Source: Octopus sinensis (Eukaryota). From it: a stretch of DNA of 64,000 nt. The stretch lies in assembly GCF_006345805.1 (NCBI RefSeq), contig NC_043013.1, positions 27,342,001 through 27,406,000 on the forward strand. The letters run 5' to 3'. Made by a program: the position numbers and the translations under genes. Under the pieces are notes generated by a model that did no database searches, was not told the origin of the DNA, and saw nothing but the letters and a program-made list of their open reading frames with translations. Positions within the stretch are counted from its first letter, which is position 1, and the number at the start of each line of letters is the position of its first letter. Shown one piece after another: positions 37,614-51,300 of the stretch.

Positions 37614-40600
37614 TATTGTAGAAGTATAAGCACTTTATTGCACATAAATGTTAACAGCAAAGTCTTCAATGGACCCCACAAGGGCTATATAGACCCTGGT
37701 TGAGAACCGCTGATCCAGAGACTCACTGGTTCATTAAGGACAACAAATAAACCGAGACATAGACTTACTTTCCTGAGAATTTAACTGAAATAATTATTTT
37801 CCATGAAGTCACAGGGCTACAGTATCTGGAAGAAACACAGTCAATCAAATTCGTCTTAATATGTAATTGGCACTTGTTTATCAAACTCCAGAAAAATGAT
37901 GAAAGGTAATATTTAATCTCAGGACACACAGAGAGAAAGTTAAACACTTAACAATGTAGCCTTCTCCACAATTTTAAACACTCTGTGACCTCAATTTTAA
38001 ATAATTGCTTCTAGTTTAGCCTCAAGGCCTGAGAATTTGAAAGATGGTTGTTAGTCACTATTATCAACTCCATTACTTCACTGGAACTTTATTTTATTGA
38101 TCCCTGCTAAAGGGATGAAAGGCAAGTTGATCTAGGCTGGTTTTGAACATAAAGGGCCATAACAAAATACTTGCAAGGCATGTTACCCAATGGTTTTATG
38201 ATTCTGCTAATGTTGTTCAACTTGCCCCTTGTGCCAAAATTTAAAAACCAGTATATCCAGTCATAAGCTTGCTACAGATAAGTCAATAATCTGATATCTT
38301 ATCCACACAACCATCTTGTCTTCACACAAACACACACACACAAAATTAAGGGATAATAGAATATCAAATACTATTTGTGATGTACATTTGACAAATCATT
38401 AAGAAATAGTTCTCTCAATTGAGACTATCATTTGAAGCAACTTTAAAAAAATAAGAATGAATACAGATCCAGAAAGACGAAAAATAAATTAGTAAACATG
38501 AAAATTCTATGGTTATTTGCAAACCAATAAAAGCACCCAACTACTTTCACAACTCAATTCTGCTTACTTTTCTTGACAGGTTACAACGGTCGACTAACTA
38601 ATAATATAGCACTTTAATACAAAACCTAAATTGAATAATTAAAATTTAACACTTTATTCCCTAATACCTCCATAAGCTAGCTGATGCATTAATTTAGAGA
38701 TTTATATCATTTATCTTTTTAAACCCATCTTCTTAACCATCTGATTACTATGTCAGTCACTGAGGATAACATCTCTCAACACAATATGGTTACCTAAGCA
38801 AGCAGTTGGTTTTTAGCATTTCAACAATTATAACTGATAACTCTACTGCTTTCCCTTCCATTGTCACAAGATTTATGACCCAATTGATCAGGCTTTTTAC
38901 AATATTTTATCATGGGTTTTTGTGAATGTTTAACTCATTTCAGGATTATTTAAACCTTGTATCGTATTCAGAAAAATAAATTAAAAAATACAAACATTAC
39001 ACAAATGTTTATAAAAACTGTAAAACAAAAAGACTTCAAACTGACACATATCAGACTATAAATCTACAAAGCTTGCCTGCAAAACATGTTGTGGCCTTCA
39101 CAACATTGCTAAGCTTCCTTATATATGGTATGATAAATATAGAAATTATTATTTATAAGAAGTATAGAAGGAAGTTAGAGTTAATCTATCAGAAATCATA
39201 GACAAAGGAAAATATTCAATAGGTAAGAATAGAAAAGTAAATCCACCGAACAGAACTCATATTTTTTTTTAATCTCTATAGTGATCAGTATTTTTTTTTA
39301 AGCAATATAACTTTTTGCAGTTGTTGATTTTGAATAAGTTAAAATGGAGTGATGCAGCCACGTAACTGTGCATGCTCTACTGACTGGTAAGATCAACATG
39401 ACTGATGTTCAGCTTGCAATCATTTTAGGTCAATTTTTATAGGAAAAAACATGAATAGAAAAGTCGTCCCAGCTGTGTAGATAGACTAGACAATAAAAAT
39501 CTAGTTGGATGAAAATTTAAACATTAAAAAAACAAAGACTAACTATGCTACGATAGGAAGAAGAACTTGTCAAACAAATTTTATGGTTTAATGATAGTCA
39601 TAAATACCTTATACTAAAATAAGATCTGAGAGAGAGCCAACTGATTCATAAAAGAAATAACTACCAAAAAGTCAGAAAGAGTTTGAGGACTTAAAATTAG
39701 TTTTGGACTAAATATTAAAAAATATTGTGGATATGTAGTAAAATAAACTTTACTCAAAGTATATCTTTGAACTTTCTGAAAAGGACACTTATGTATTTAT
39801 CAGTAACATTCCCAATAAAGTTTAGTTTCCAGTTAGAAAGCAGAATTAAGTGTCTTGCCCAGACACATCAAAATAGCTGTTCAAACATCTGTGGCTATGA
39901 CAGGTAACTTTCCATAAATATATGGCACACAATAGATAAAACAGAAATATAACAAAATATTTAAAGTAGATATAAATCCAACAGTTGAGTTAGCAAATAT
40001 TAAGTAATTTTGCAATGAAAATTACTAGACTAACATTATTCCATGTTGGGTGTAATCAGCATAGCTTATATTTTTATTTTATTATTGATGCTTCCTACTT
40101 AGTTTCAAGTAAATAATACCATACTATCAACACAATTGCTACAAGATTATATATTCTGATCATCACATTTTTGATTTCTACCTTTCTATAATCTAATCTT
40201 TCCATACATTCATAAATAGTATGTCTTTCTGTTTTTTAAATTCGCTTTTAGTAGATCATTTTCAATAACTTTTATATCCACTGGATGCCATTTCCATAAA
40301 TATCTCCTGTTTTGCCCATAAAACAAACTGAAACAAAGAATTTATGAGTACTTCTTAGGGATATAACACATTGCCTGTAGTAAGGCTTGAACTTATAACC
40401 ATATGGTTGATGGTGGAGCAACACTTATACCTTGTAGGTTCTGTGTTTCAATATATGTGTGCTTATAAGGGTACATACACACATCTGCAAAATTAAGGTA
40501 ATTTCTTTTCTTTTATTTTCAAGTCAACAGGATTAATGAATCCATGGTTATAATCTCGAGCCCATAGCATTAAACATACATTAAATGCTTAACCATAGGA

Positions 40601-43600
40601 AGATTTAACTCTTTAGCATTTAAACCAACCATATCCAGCTAAAATATTTTACCTGCTTTACATTGAAACTGGCCAGATCCAGTATCTCACACATTCCCTA
40701 CAATGACAGGATTTTTCTAAACATTGAATGGCTATGAGAGTCCACTTGAATAAAATAGGAAACAAAGGGGCCCATAGGTTAAAAAATGGTTGGGAGCACA
40801 TTTTATTGCACCCGCAGGCCAATATACTCATATGTTCAAAATATTATAAATTTTTCAATTATAAAATTTATACAGTATTTATATGCCTATTTCTGACATA
40901 GCTGGTGTTACCACTATGACTTAAAACGGTTAACCTCAAGCAGAAATCGTCTAGTAATTGCCATTTGAATGGAAATTTTGTTTGTCACAATTTATGTTCC
41001 TAACACTAGCTTAATAATAACTAAGTTATTTTACTGAATTCTTTGGTATATTTAAAGTAATTGAAAGAAACACAGAGCATCTCAACAGAAATATGGTAAC
41101 GGAAGGGTTAAAGTAATAAATTTGTTGATTTTTGAATCAACTGGCTGTTAAGCTTCTTTGAATGGGAAGTCTTTCAAGTTTATACCATTTTGTTGTATGT
41201 CTAGTTTATGGTATCTAACTCTGATTAGTGAGGAATAGTTAGCAACACCAGATCATAAATAAAAGTTTTACTTGAGGGAACTTCTTTGTACAATATTGCA
41301 GTTGATTTTATTTGTAACCATTTCAAAATATTTTTGTTTCAATGTCTGTTGAATTGTTGTTAATTATTTTTTCTTCTTTGGGAAAACTAAATGTTTAATC
41401 ATTTTAGCATTCAGATTACTCTGTCATATTAATGCTTATGTATTCATATTGTTTTGAATTAATCATGCATTATCTTGTAGCTTCAAGATTTCAGTGATGT
41501 GACTGTTTTCTTCATTAACCTGTGTTAATAGAACATGCATACACATTGCTTCTTACTCTCTCTGTTGCTCAGTCTCTCAGATGGTATTTATTGCAGCTAT
41601 TCATATTCTGAATTCAGTTGATAAAATAAGAGTACCAACCAAGTACCAAAGGTGATTCAATAGACTACAGCCTCTCCCATAAATTTCTGGCTTATGTTAG
41701 AAGTTATTATTATTAGCATTACAAAAGTTGTAATGTGATTAGTATTTAGAGTACAGTGGTTTGAATTAATTATGATAATTATCTCCTTGCTTGAACATCA
41801 TGTGATAGTTGTCTTTCATTTCCCATCTTCCATGGAAACAGGAAAAGGTTGGTAGAAGGAAGGATACCTTGCTGTAGAAAATCCATCTCAACAAAATTCT
41901 GTCTGACCCTATGTGAGTATGGAAAACCCCAATAATGATAATGATGACAGTTATTTAACTTAGCAATTCTTGATAGGAAACGAGGGGGGAAAAAAAAAAG
42001 ACAACCCTTACAAAATTTTGAACTTATTGTGCAGTAATAGCAGATAAATGTTTGCTCATGCTGCAGTCTGGAACAATTTATTCCATCTACCTGTCCATCT
42101 TTTGCAATGCAACAACTGAACAATGAACTAGTAACTGCAAGTGTTACCTAAACCCTGTTGCTAAGTAGCAACAAGTTTGAGGATTTGAAAAACAAAAACT
42201 GAAATAAGATATCAGATAAATAAGATTTTTCTCCATTTAATGAATTTTAAATTCATCATCATCATCGTTTAGCGTCCGTTTTCCATGCTAGCATGGGTTG
42301 GACGGTTCAACTGGGGTCTGTAAAGCCAGAAGGCTTCATCAGGCCCAGTCAGATCTGGCAGTGTTTCTACGGCTGGATGCCCTTCCTAACGCCAACCACT
42401 CCGTGAGTGTAGTGATTTTGAATAATTTCATTGCAAAAACACTAGTTTTAAATGTTATTACAATATTATCTTCCATAGTGTTATCGTTTGCTACTTTTTG
42501 TCTTTCACTTGTTTCAGTCCTTGGACTATGGCCATGCTGGAGCACCACCACAACAGGTTTACTCAAACACTACTTACTTTTTAAGCCTGGTTCTATTCTA
42601 TCAGTCTCTGTATTGAACTGCTATGTTATGGGGATGTAAAGAAACCAATACTGGTTGTCACATGCTGGGGAATGGGGGAACAACACACACACACACGTCT
42701 TGATAATACTAAAACTCTAGGGATGTTTGTATGTATCTGAAATATCTCAGAAATAGTATATTTTATCCTAATTTTTTTTGCATATTTATTTTCATAATTA
42801 CAGTACAAATTTTTGTAATATTTGGGACTATTTATTAAGGAAAACAGTTAAACACAAATTTTGTTTATTTCTTGAAAAAAAAAACATCACTTCCGTGACA
42901 TCAACATACACACACATATAATGAATGTCATTGCTTGTCAATCAACACAAACACACGTCTGCCAGCTGTGACATATACACAAACATAATATTTGCACTCA
43001 CTAAGAAAAAAAAAACCCTCAACTTTTTGATGCCCACAATATTTTAATCATTTAGAAATATTTTTAACTGAATGTGATTTCAAAAATGTAAGTTGTACAG
43101 TGAGTATTTATATTTTAGCTTTCTTTAAACAGACAATATTTTTATGTTTTTTTAAAAAATTATTTGCAAGTGAGTGGTGATCTCTCATTTATCATCCAGA
43201 GTTTGTTAATTTCCATAAATTTTTTTATTTATTTACTTTTGTTTTAAAGTGAAAGAGAGGAGAAAGTGAAAGATATATGTACGTGTATATGAAATGGGCG
43301 TGTGAAAGAGAGAGAGAGGAAGAGGGAGAGTGAGTGAGTGAAAGGGTGTAGTCATGTATTCGTACATACATCAATATATATGCATACATCTTTTTTGTAT
43401 GTTCAGATGCATGTGTGTGAGAGAGAGAGAGTGTGAGTGAGTGAGTGAATGAATGAATGTATGTGTTCTCATGTAGGTGTAAGTGGCACTCTCCCTCTCT
43501 CTCTCTCACACACGTCCATACATCTTTCACTTTAAAACAAAAGTAAATAAAAAGAAAATTTATGGAAATTAAACAAAACCAGCTGATCCAGATGGCAGTT

Positions 43601-43908
43601 CTGAGAATCAAGTACATTCAATGTATCTCAGCTCCAAAGATTCGGCTGCTATTTCTAGCATGTCCTGCTACCACATAACAGCTATTTGCGATAAAGGACC
43701 TGAAATACTTATTATGGTATAGCAGGGTGTGCAAGAAATAACAGCCAAATCTTTCCTTTCCTGGGGAAAGGAGCCATTTACGCATGATTTTGATGTCACA
43801 TTCGTTAAAAGCGTGCAAAATAAACTGGAAAAGAAAAAACCCATGAAACAAAACTCCATTTCTGGGAAACTCACACTTTCCAAGTGACTCAATGGGTCAC
43901 GGGTTGTC

Positions 43909-43957
<49 letters not shown>

Positions 43958-44347
43958 ATGGGCTTTAAGTTATTGGTTGACATGGGGTTATAGTAGAAGG
44001 CACTTGCTCAAGGTGCTGCATAGTGGAACTTGAACCTGAAACCATGTGGTTGCAAAGGGGAATTTTAACTGCACAGTGTTATTTTAAATTACGTTTGTAA
44101 CAGGGTTGGGTTGGGATGTTTAATCCAGTTCATCCAAATTCAACGGATCTTTGACTTGAGGCATTCCATCCAAGAACATCACATTTTATGGGAAGTGGGG
44201 AATCCCCAGATACAGAATATTCCAGTCGAAAATCTGGCTGAACAACTTCCATCCGAATGATGTGAACATGGAAAAGAGGATATTAAAACAACAATGGCAA
44301 CAATGACTGTGTGTATGTGTACATATATGTATATATGAACGCATGTA

Positions 44348-45905
44348 CAGTAGCGGCTACAATATAAGGGTCAATAAGATCAGGTGCATTGAAATATTTA
44401 TTATAGAAGATTAACAAAACGTTGGGACTAGATATTTTATACATATTTAGATATATCTAATATCTATCTTTTGTGAAAATTTCAAGTGAATGGAATAAAT
44501 ATTTCGTAAATGAGGAAATAAACAAATAATCTTCCAAACTGCAATGGCCAAAAGTTAAGGGTCACTTAAATAAAATGAAAAATGGAACAAGAACAAAAAA
44601 GAAACCCTTACCATTAATATTTTGTGAACATTCCTTTACTATCAATGACCTCCAGACATCCCTTACCACAGAACTGAATCAATTTCTTGCAAAATGCAGT
44701 AATATTGTTCCATTCTCTTTTCAATAATTCCCAGAGTTCATCTTCGTTCTTTGGATTTCTCCTTCGCACCCCATCTCCAATAATCTTTGAAACGTTTTCT
44801 ATAGGGTTGAGATTGGGACTTTGAGTTGGCCTGTGCCCATGAGACCAACCCCTTCATCACTCAAAAAGTCAGTGTGACAGGGAGCATCGTCCTGCATGAA
44901 GATCGGAGGTTGAACTGACAAGGATTGGAGATGTGGAAGGGCATGCTGTCTAAGAATCTGCTTGCAGATTCAGCATTGACAGTCTCTTGTAGGCGAATAA
45001 GTGGACCAGGACCAACAGCAGAGATCAGTACTCATACCATTACACTGCCTCCAACAAATTTCACTGTCTTCTTCACACATGCACAAGATAACCTTTCACC
45101 ACTTCTTCGGACATACATCCTGCCATCGAACTAATCGCATTAAACTTCGATCCATCGCTAAAATGAACCTGCGAACACTGTTCTTCTGTCCAAATAACAT
45201 GTTTGTGAGCGAGACAAAGACAGGCTCTTTGATTTTTCTTGGAGATAGATTTCTTTGCCAGTGCCCAAGCAAGCAACCCAGAACCTAGTAACCTCTGAAA
45301 GACATGGAAAGTGGAGCTAAACTCATAGGATATCTCAGCAGTACTCTTAAACCTATCCTTCAGTGACATTCTAACCATAATACAATCCTGTCTTGGTACG
45401 AAGTCTACCAGTTTTGGGTTTAGCATCTGTCGATCCTGATGACTTAAAACAAGCTACAATTCGTTGCACAACACTTCTAGACTTTCCTATAGCAGTTGCT
45501 ATCACAGAATTTTACTTGCCCTCTTGGTGAAGGCACACAATCTTTTGTTTTTCATCACAGGACACCAGTCACCTGTCACAAGCTGCTATATTGACAGATG
45601 AATGTTCCAATAATGTGAGATCATAAGAAGTAACTGTTAGCCCATTGACAGTCTTCTAAACAACAAATACTTTGGTAGGTAGTTCATTTTTTCTAAGTGA
45701 CCCTTAACTTTTGGCTGCTGCAATTTGGAAGATTGTTTATTTCCTCATAACTTATGAAATATTTATTCCATTCACTTGAAATTCTCACGAAAGACTGATA
45801 TATCAAATATGTGTAAAATACCTAGTCTCAACGTGTTGTTAATCTTCTATAATAACTATTTCAATACACTTGTTCTTACTGACCCTTATATTATGGCCGC
45901 TACTG
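44348..45905 (-). mobile_element. Decayed Tc1-family DNA transposon with about 220-bp IR/DR terminal inverted repeats
   Basis: TA-flanked CAGTAGCGG...CCGCTACTG ends; TIRs about 44348-44570 and 45694-45905, each with two AAGGGTCA direct repeats. Frameshifted transposase remnants: WTEEQCSQVHFSDGSKFN, IFMQDDAPCH, QSPNLNPIEN. Confidence 0.9.
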
Positions 45906-46739
45906 TATGTATTACCATCATCATGTTAACTTCCACTTTTCCATGCTTGCATGGGTCAGACAAGACTGGACGTATTTTTTGCAGTGGATTGCACACAAAT
46001 GACACCATTTCTATGAACAACAGCTTTTTGTTTACAATCCCCACACACAACAAGCTTCTTCCATTTTCCCCTCCAACCAAGTTCATTCATAAGGTGCTGG
46101 ACGTGTGGCCATAGTAAAGGATCCAGCCAGGGTGTCTGTGCAGTGAGAGCAAACACTAAATCACGTGGTTTCAAAGTGAATTCCTTAACCACAAAACCAT
46201 GCCTACATTTAGAAATTTTCTAAGGAATAATATAAGCCAGTAGTGAAGTTGTGTGGCCCAGTGGTTAGGCTGTTGCACTCACAACTGCTATATCATGGGT
46301 TCAATTCCCAGACTGAGTGGTGCATTATGCTCTTGAGCAAAACACTTCATTTTACATTGCTTCAGTCTCCCTCTAAGCTCGCTCGCCTAACCAACAGGGC
46401 GATGTCATTCAAAGGTGAAAATACAAAGCGCATTGTGACCAGTGATGTGTAACAACATCTGAGCATCTGGTCAGTTACATGATCATGCGATAAACTTCTA
46501 ACAAATCTTACTGTACAGGATACACAACCAGAATGAATTACTATATGGCATTGTTGACCCATAGATTAACAAACGTAGAAAAACCTGTTAAATATTGCAA
46601 CAAGAAATTCGAGACACCATTCTGATTATGCTGAAATAACTCGTTATAAAACAATTGAAATTTCACTTTGTAGTAAAAGTTAAAACAGGAAAGAATATAA
46701 AATCAAAGAGCAAAACATAAACAGTAAAAAAGCACTTAC

Positions 46740-48320
46740 ATCAAATTGGTTGCCTATCAAATGTTGACGTTCGTGTTTGAGAACGGCTGGTGTATCTGAG
46801 AAAGATCGATCACAGTACCGACAAACTGTACTTAGTGGATCCTCCAGCTGAGAATCATCTTTGTCCTTGGAGTCATCATTTTCATTTTTCACAGTCGTAG
46901 GATTCATCTGTTGGTAGAGCTGTGCAACACGAAGGGCTTCTGACAAGTCCTGTTCTTTTGACTGGTTGACACGGTCCTTCTGGCCGTTTTCATTTAACCA
47001 ATTGGACAGTTCAGGCAGAGGACAAAAATGAACTCGAACATGTTGAGCAAGGAGATGATTTTTTGAAACAGTATAATCGCAATAGGGACAAGCAAGTTCA
47101 CTTCGAACTACATGGAACCTTAAATGTGTTACCATATGGTCCCGACGTGTGTTTGAATAGGGACAACGGTCACAATGATACACCTTTTTAACAATATCTG
47201 AGTCGTCCTTTTCAGGTTGGACATGTTCGTATAGATCTAAGTGGTCGTGTGTCACACTCAAAGGCACAGGATCATTAGAATCAAGAGGAGGTAATGCACT
47301 TGCAAGAGCTACATCAGCAGGTATTTCAGGCAGACGCTGAAGGTTTGATATCGACTGAGTCGCAACAAGATTTGGGTTTGGACTGAAATGAAGTTTACGA
47401 TGCTGTACAAGTAAGTTATTTGAGGGAACACTGTAGTCACAATATTCGCAAGTGTAATGCTGTTTACTTCCATGTAACTCAATGTGCCGCTCAAAATGCG
47501 TACGTTTAGCACTAGCATAGGGACACTTCTCACAGCAAAATTTCTTAAACTGAGCAATATCCAAAAGCGCATCAACTTTGCTTTCTGTAGAAATCTCCAT
47601 GTCACTTTTATCATTGAGGTCATCATCAGGTTCTAAAGAAATGCCTTCTAACTGCTCCAATTCCGATATTGTGTTGTCATTCAGATCAGGAACATACTGA
47701 TGCTGGTGAACTTTCAGATGATGGGATAACAAACCTTTGGAGCCAACAAAATAATCACAATGTGGGCATTTCAAAAGAGGATGACCAGATGACCGACGGC
47801 CATGCATTAACTCATGGAGGCGCAAATTTCTGTTACGAATGTTCGTGTAGGGACATTTCGAACATTTTAGCAGCTTTTTGTACACCCCATTTTTCAAAAT
47901 ATATCCAGGTTTATTGCCAAACGTTGCATAACGGGCTGCAATTTTTATGGCTGAATCTGAGTTTTCAGACTGAGATAAACTTGGCAAAATCTTAGATACT
48001 ATAAGCTTTTGTTTTACTGATGCTATTTCAACAGCATCATACAAGAGTTGAACATCTGTGGCCTCGGTCTTCACTGGTGATAATTGATCTGGGTCAATAT
48101 GCAAACGAAGATGTTGTTTAAGTAGACGCCGATGGCTGACCCAGTAATCACAATAGTCACACTTGAAAGCAGTGGAATTGGAGAGTTTCACACGATGGAA
48201 TTGTTTGTGATAGAGAAAATCATTCTTACTGTTAGTAGCATAGGGACACTTTTCACAAGTGAATTTCATTCTTTTAGTACTAGGGACTCTTGGAGCAATA
48301 TTGATACTTAATGATGAAAA
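46740..48320 (-). CDS. Same zinc-finger gene, C-terminal part in the -1 frame (527 codons, 9 fingers), ending at a splice donor
   Basis: The -1 frame is open from TTT (48320) through ATG 48269 to TTT GAT|GTAAGT (donor 46738-46739). Its finger doublets are the same type as the last pair of the upstream ORF. The hydrophobic tail of ORF 46680..48269 is intronic read-through. Confidence 0.85.
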
Positions 48321-51300
48321 TCATCTGTCTTAAGAGAAACATTAGCCTGTTTAGAACCAACTTTACTTTTGGCATGTTCATTTGAATGCAAACGAACATG
48401 TTGATTAAGTAGTCGTCTTGCACAAACATAATATGGACAGAACTTACACTTAAAACGGTTCTGTCCTCTGGGTTTATGATAACTCATATGGAATTTGAGC
48501 AAGGTTGGTTTCTTTGTTGAATAGGGACACACATTACATTGGAATTTATTTAGAGGTCTGTCTATTATACGCTCGGGAACTGGCTCTTGAATGATATCAG
48601 AGCCAAGATTTTCTTCTAAGTCCCCTTCTTGAGTTGATTTCAGTTTGATATAACAATTGTTATAATCAGTAGTGCCATGGCGCTCACGGAGATGTCTATA
48701 GAGACAAGCTTTCCAAGTTGACTGAAACTTACAAATCTTGCATGTATACAAGTCCATTAAGTCCCCTATATCAGTATCATTTTCTTCACCAGATGCAGCA
48801 CCTATTTCACTGTCAGCTGAATAAGAAATGCTTAATTTACAAAGACTGTAATCATTACAACCATGCTTCTGTCTTAAATGACGATAGAGGGCACTTCGAT
48901 AATTTGAAGAATGCCCACACAGTTTGCATTTGTATGGCTTAACTTTATGTGATGTCAAGTGCCGTAACACAAGCATCTTGTCCTTGTGACGATATGTACA
49001 CTTGTTACATTTCCACATTTTACCATGTCCAAGTAATGAAGATGAAGAAAGATCTGTTATGGATTCTGACTGGTCAGGTATAGCGGTCGCCTCGGAGTTG
49101 GTTACAGAATTGTTAGCTGATGGAGACTCGGTGTCAGGAGTCACGTCAAGGTGAGTTAACTTGTCAGCTGTTTTCTTTTCATAACACCCTTCACTCTTCT
49201 TGAATTTGAAATAAAATGGTGGTGGGTAGTCGCTGACCTTATGATCAATACACATCACCTTGCTGCGATTGTTGTTGTGCCTTCTCTTAATATGTCGGTA
49301 AACATCGCTTCTCCAATTTGACTTGTAGCCACAGCCAGAACATTCAAATTGGCGCCACAATTTCTGAGCATTTCTTTGAGCTGCAGATGTAACTAGAGTT
49401 AGGGAACTAGAAGAGAACTCATCAGAAGTTGCAGGGCCATCCTTCTGTTTAGTAACAAGGGGGTGGTTAGGATAGCATTCGGCTAACAAAGATAGCCGAG
49501 CTTCTTCTTCCTCCATCACAATAACGTAGCCACCTTCTGGATGACGTTCTCTAATATGCTTCTTAAGATCCCATTTCCAGTTGGACCTACGTCCACAAGC
49601 AGAACACTTGAATGGTTTTATATAACCAACTCGTTTAGGGTTACTATACAATGCCTCTAATGCAGTGGTATGCTCCGGAGTGTCTTTCAATTTATCAGAG
49701 GCAAGAATTAAAGTGGTATCGGTGGGACTTTGCTTAGAGGAATGTATATTTATGTCAGAATGTTTCTCTGTAGTCTGAGAAGTGGATATTTTCTCTTTCT
49801 TAATGGGAGATATATAAGGATTGGTCAATTTTATTTCATTTGTTCTTGTTAAGATTTCTTCATTGGACAAACTCCCAACATAGAGTATTCGAATTTCTTC
49901 ACCTGGATGCATATATCGATAGTGTTTGCGAACATCGCCTCGAAAAGTTGTCCGCTTGCCACAAAGAGGGCACATGTAAGGTTTATCTGAAGAGGATTTA
50001 GTGTCTTTTTTCGATCCCTTCAGTTTGCTGATAACTGGAACACTAAGAACTGGCATGTTGCTGCTGGAAACAACAGTCGGCTTAGCTACAAAGTTACCTG
50101 GGCTTGTAGATTTTGCCGATGATATTGATAATACTGACGAAGATTTAGGTGGGGTCGTGCCTGGTTCAATTTTTACAATACTTTCATCGATATCAATCTG
50201 ATTAATTATATGGCTATCAGAGTTTCCCAGGACATTCTCCACACCTTGATTATCACCTAAAATTCCAGATTGGTTTGAGTGATCACTTCTCAGATGCTTA
50301 AGCACAGTCCACCGAAATGCTGATTGAAAGTTACACTGGGAACATTTAAAAAGCTTTTTCGGCTTTAACATAGCTACATTTAGCTGGTGTTCCCTGCGAT
50401 TAGTCGGCATTGTTTCCATATACTTTAGAACTGTTGCTTCAGCTTCTTGTTCAGACATTACAATAACATCATCATTTTGACCAGGATGTTCTTTGCGTAT
50501 GTGTTTACGGATGTCCCATTTCCAGTTGGATCTCTTGCCACAAATGGGACATTTAAATTTCTTTAGATTCCAGTGGGTTGCAAGATGTGCCTTCAGCTTT
50601 GAAGGGGCAGGAGCAGAAAAATCACAGTAATTACACAAAAATGGACCAAGAACCTCTTTTTGATTGGTCTCTTCAGAAATATCAGCAAAAGCTGTGGATA
50701 CACCTTCAGCTGACCTCTCTAAAGAACCACCTTCGACCATAGATGAGTCAGATATTAAAGTAGGAGTTTCATCATTAAGTTTACTTGTTTCCATATCACT
50801 GCCACAGTCTGAAGGCAGAATCGATTTGTCATCTGTAGTTTCTTCCTGCTTTGTGTTAGACAAATCCTTATTGTCATCAGTTGAAGATATGGGAGAAATA
50901 ATTGAAATGGTAGTGCTTGTTGTTGTGGCAGATGAAGATGAAGTAGATGTAGAAGTGATAGTTGCAACAGTAGCAGGTACAGATACAGTAGATGTGTCAC
51001 AAGATGTTGTAGCTAAGGATGATGACAATGATGTTGATGATGATGATGGTGTCACAATTGATTTTGTGCTTGACATCATGTCGCTATTGATTATCTTCTG
51101 GTAGATCACCAAATTCTTTATGTCTTCTTCTTGTTGCACTTCACTGGGATGATGACGGTACAAATGCCGATTCATGTCTCCTTTCCAATGACTTTGATAT
51201 TTGCACAGTTTACACTTGTATGGTTTATTCCCGTCGTGCAATTTAGAATGGCGGTCTATTTCAGATTTATAACTTGATGTAAATGAACAAGATGGGCACT

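Larger units (their letters stand above)
36751..37712. mobile_element. Old hAT-type MITE carrying two nested insertions
   Basis: Ends tagtggttcccaacc / ggttgagaaccgctg; TSD degraded. Contains a SINE (about 36865-37076) and a pogo-like MITE (37136-37613). Confidence 0.6.

Noticed and set aside
48266-48310. Stop-codon read-through or A-to-I editing of the TAA joining the two zinc-finger ORFs
   Set aside because: The ORFs are in different frames; frame 0 hits TGA again 13 codons after the TAA.
48288-48366. A small intron (GTAAAG...CCAAGAG) that would restore the reading frame
   Set aside because: The phase works, but the acceptor is GAG with no pyrimidine tract; a one-base indel is simpler.
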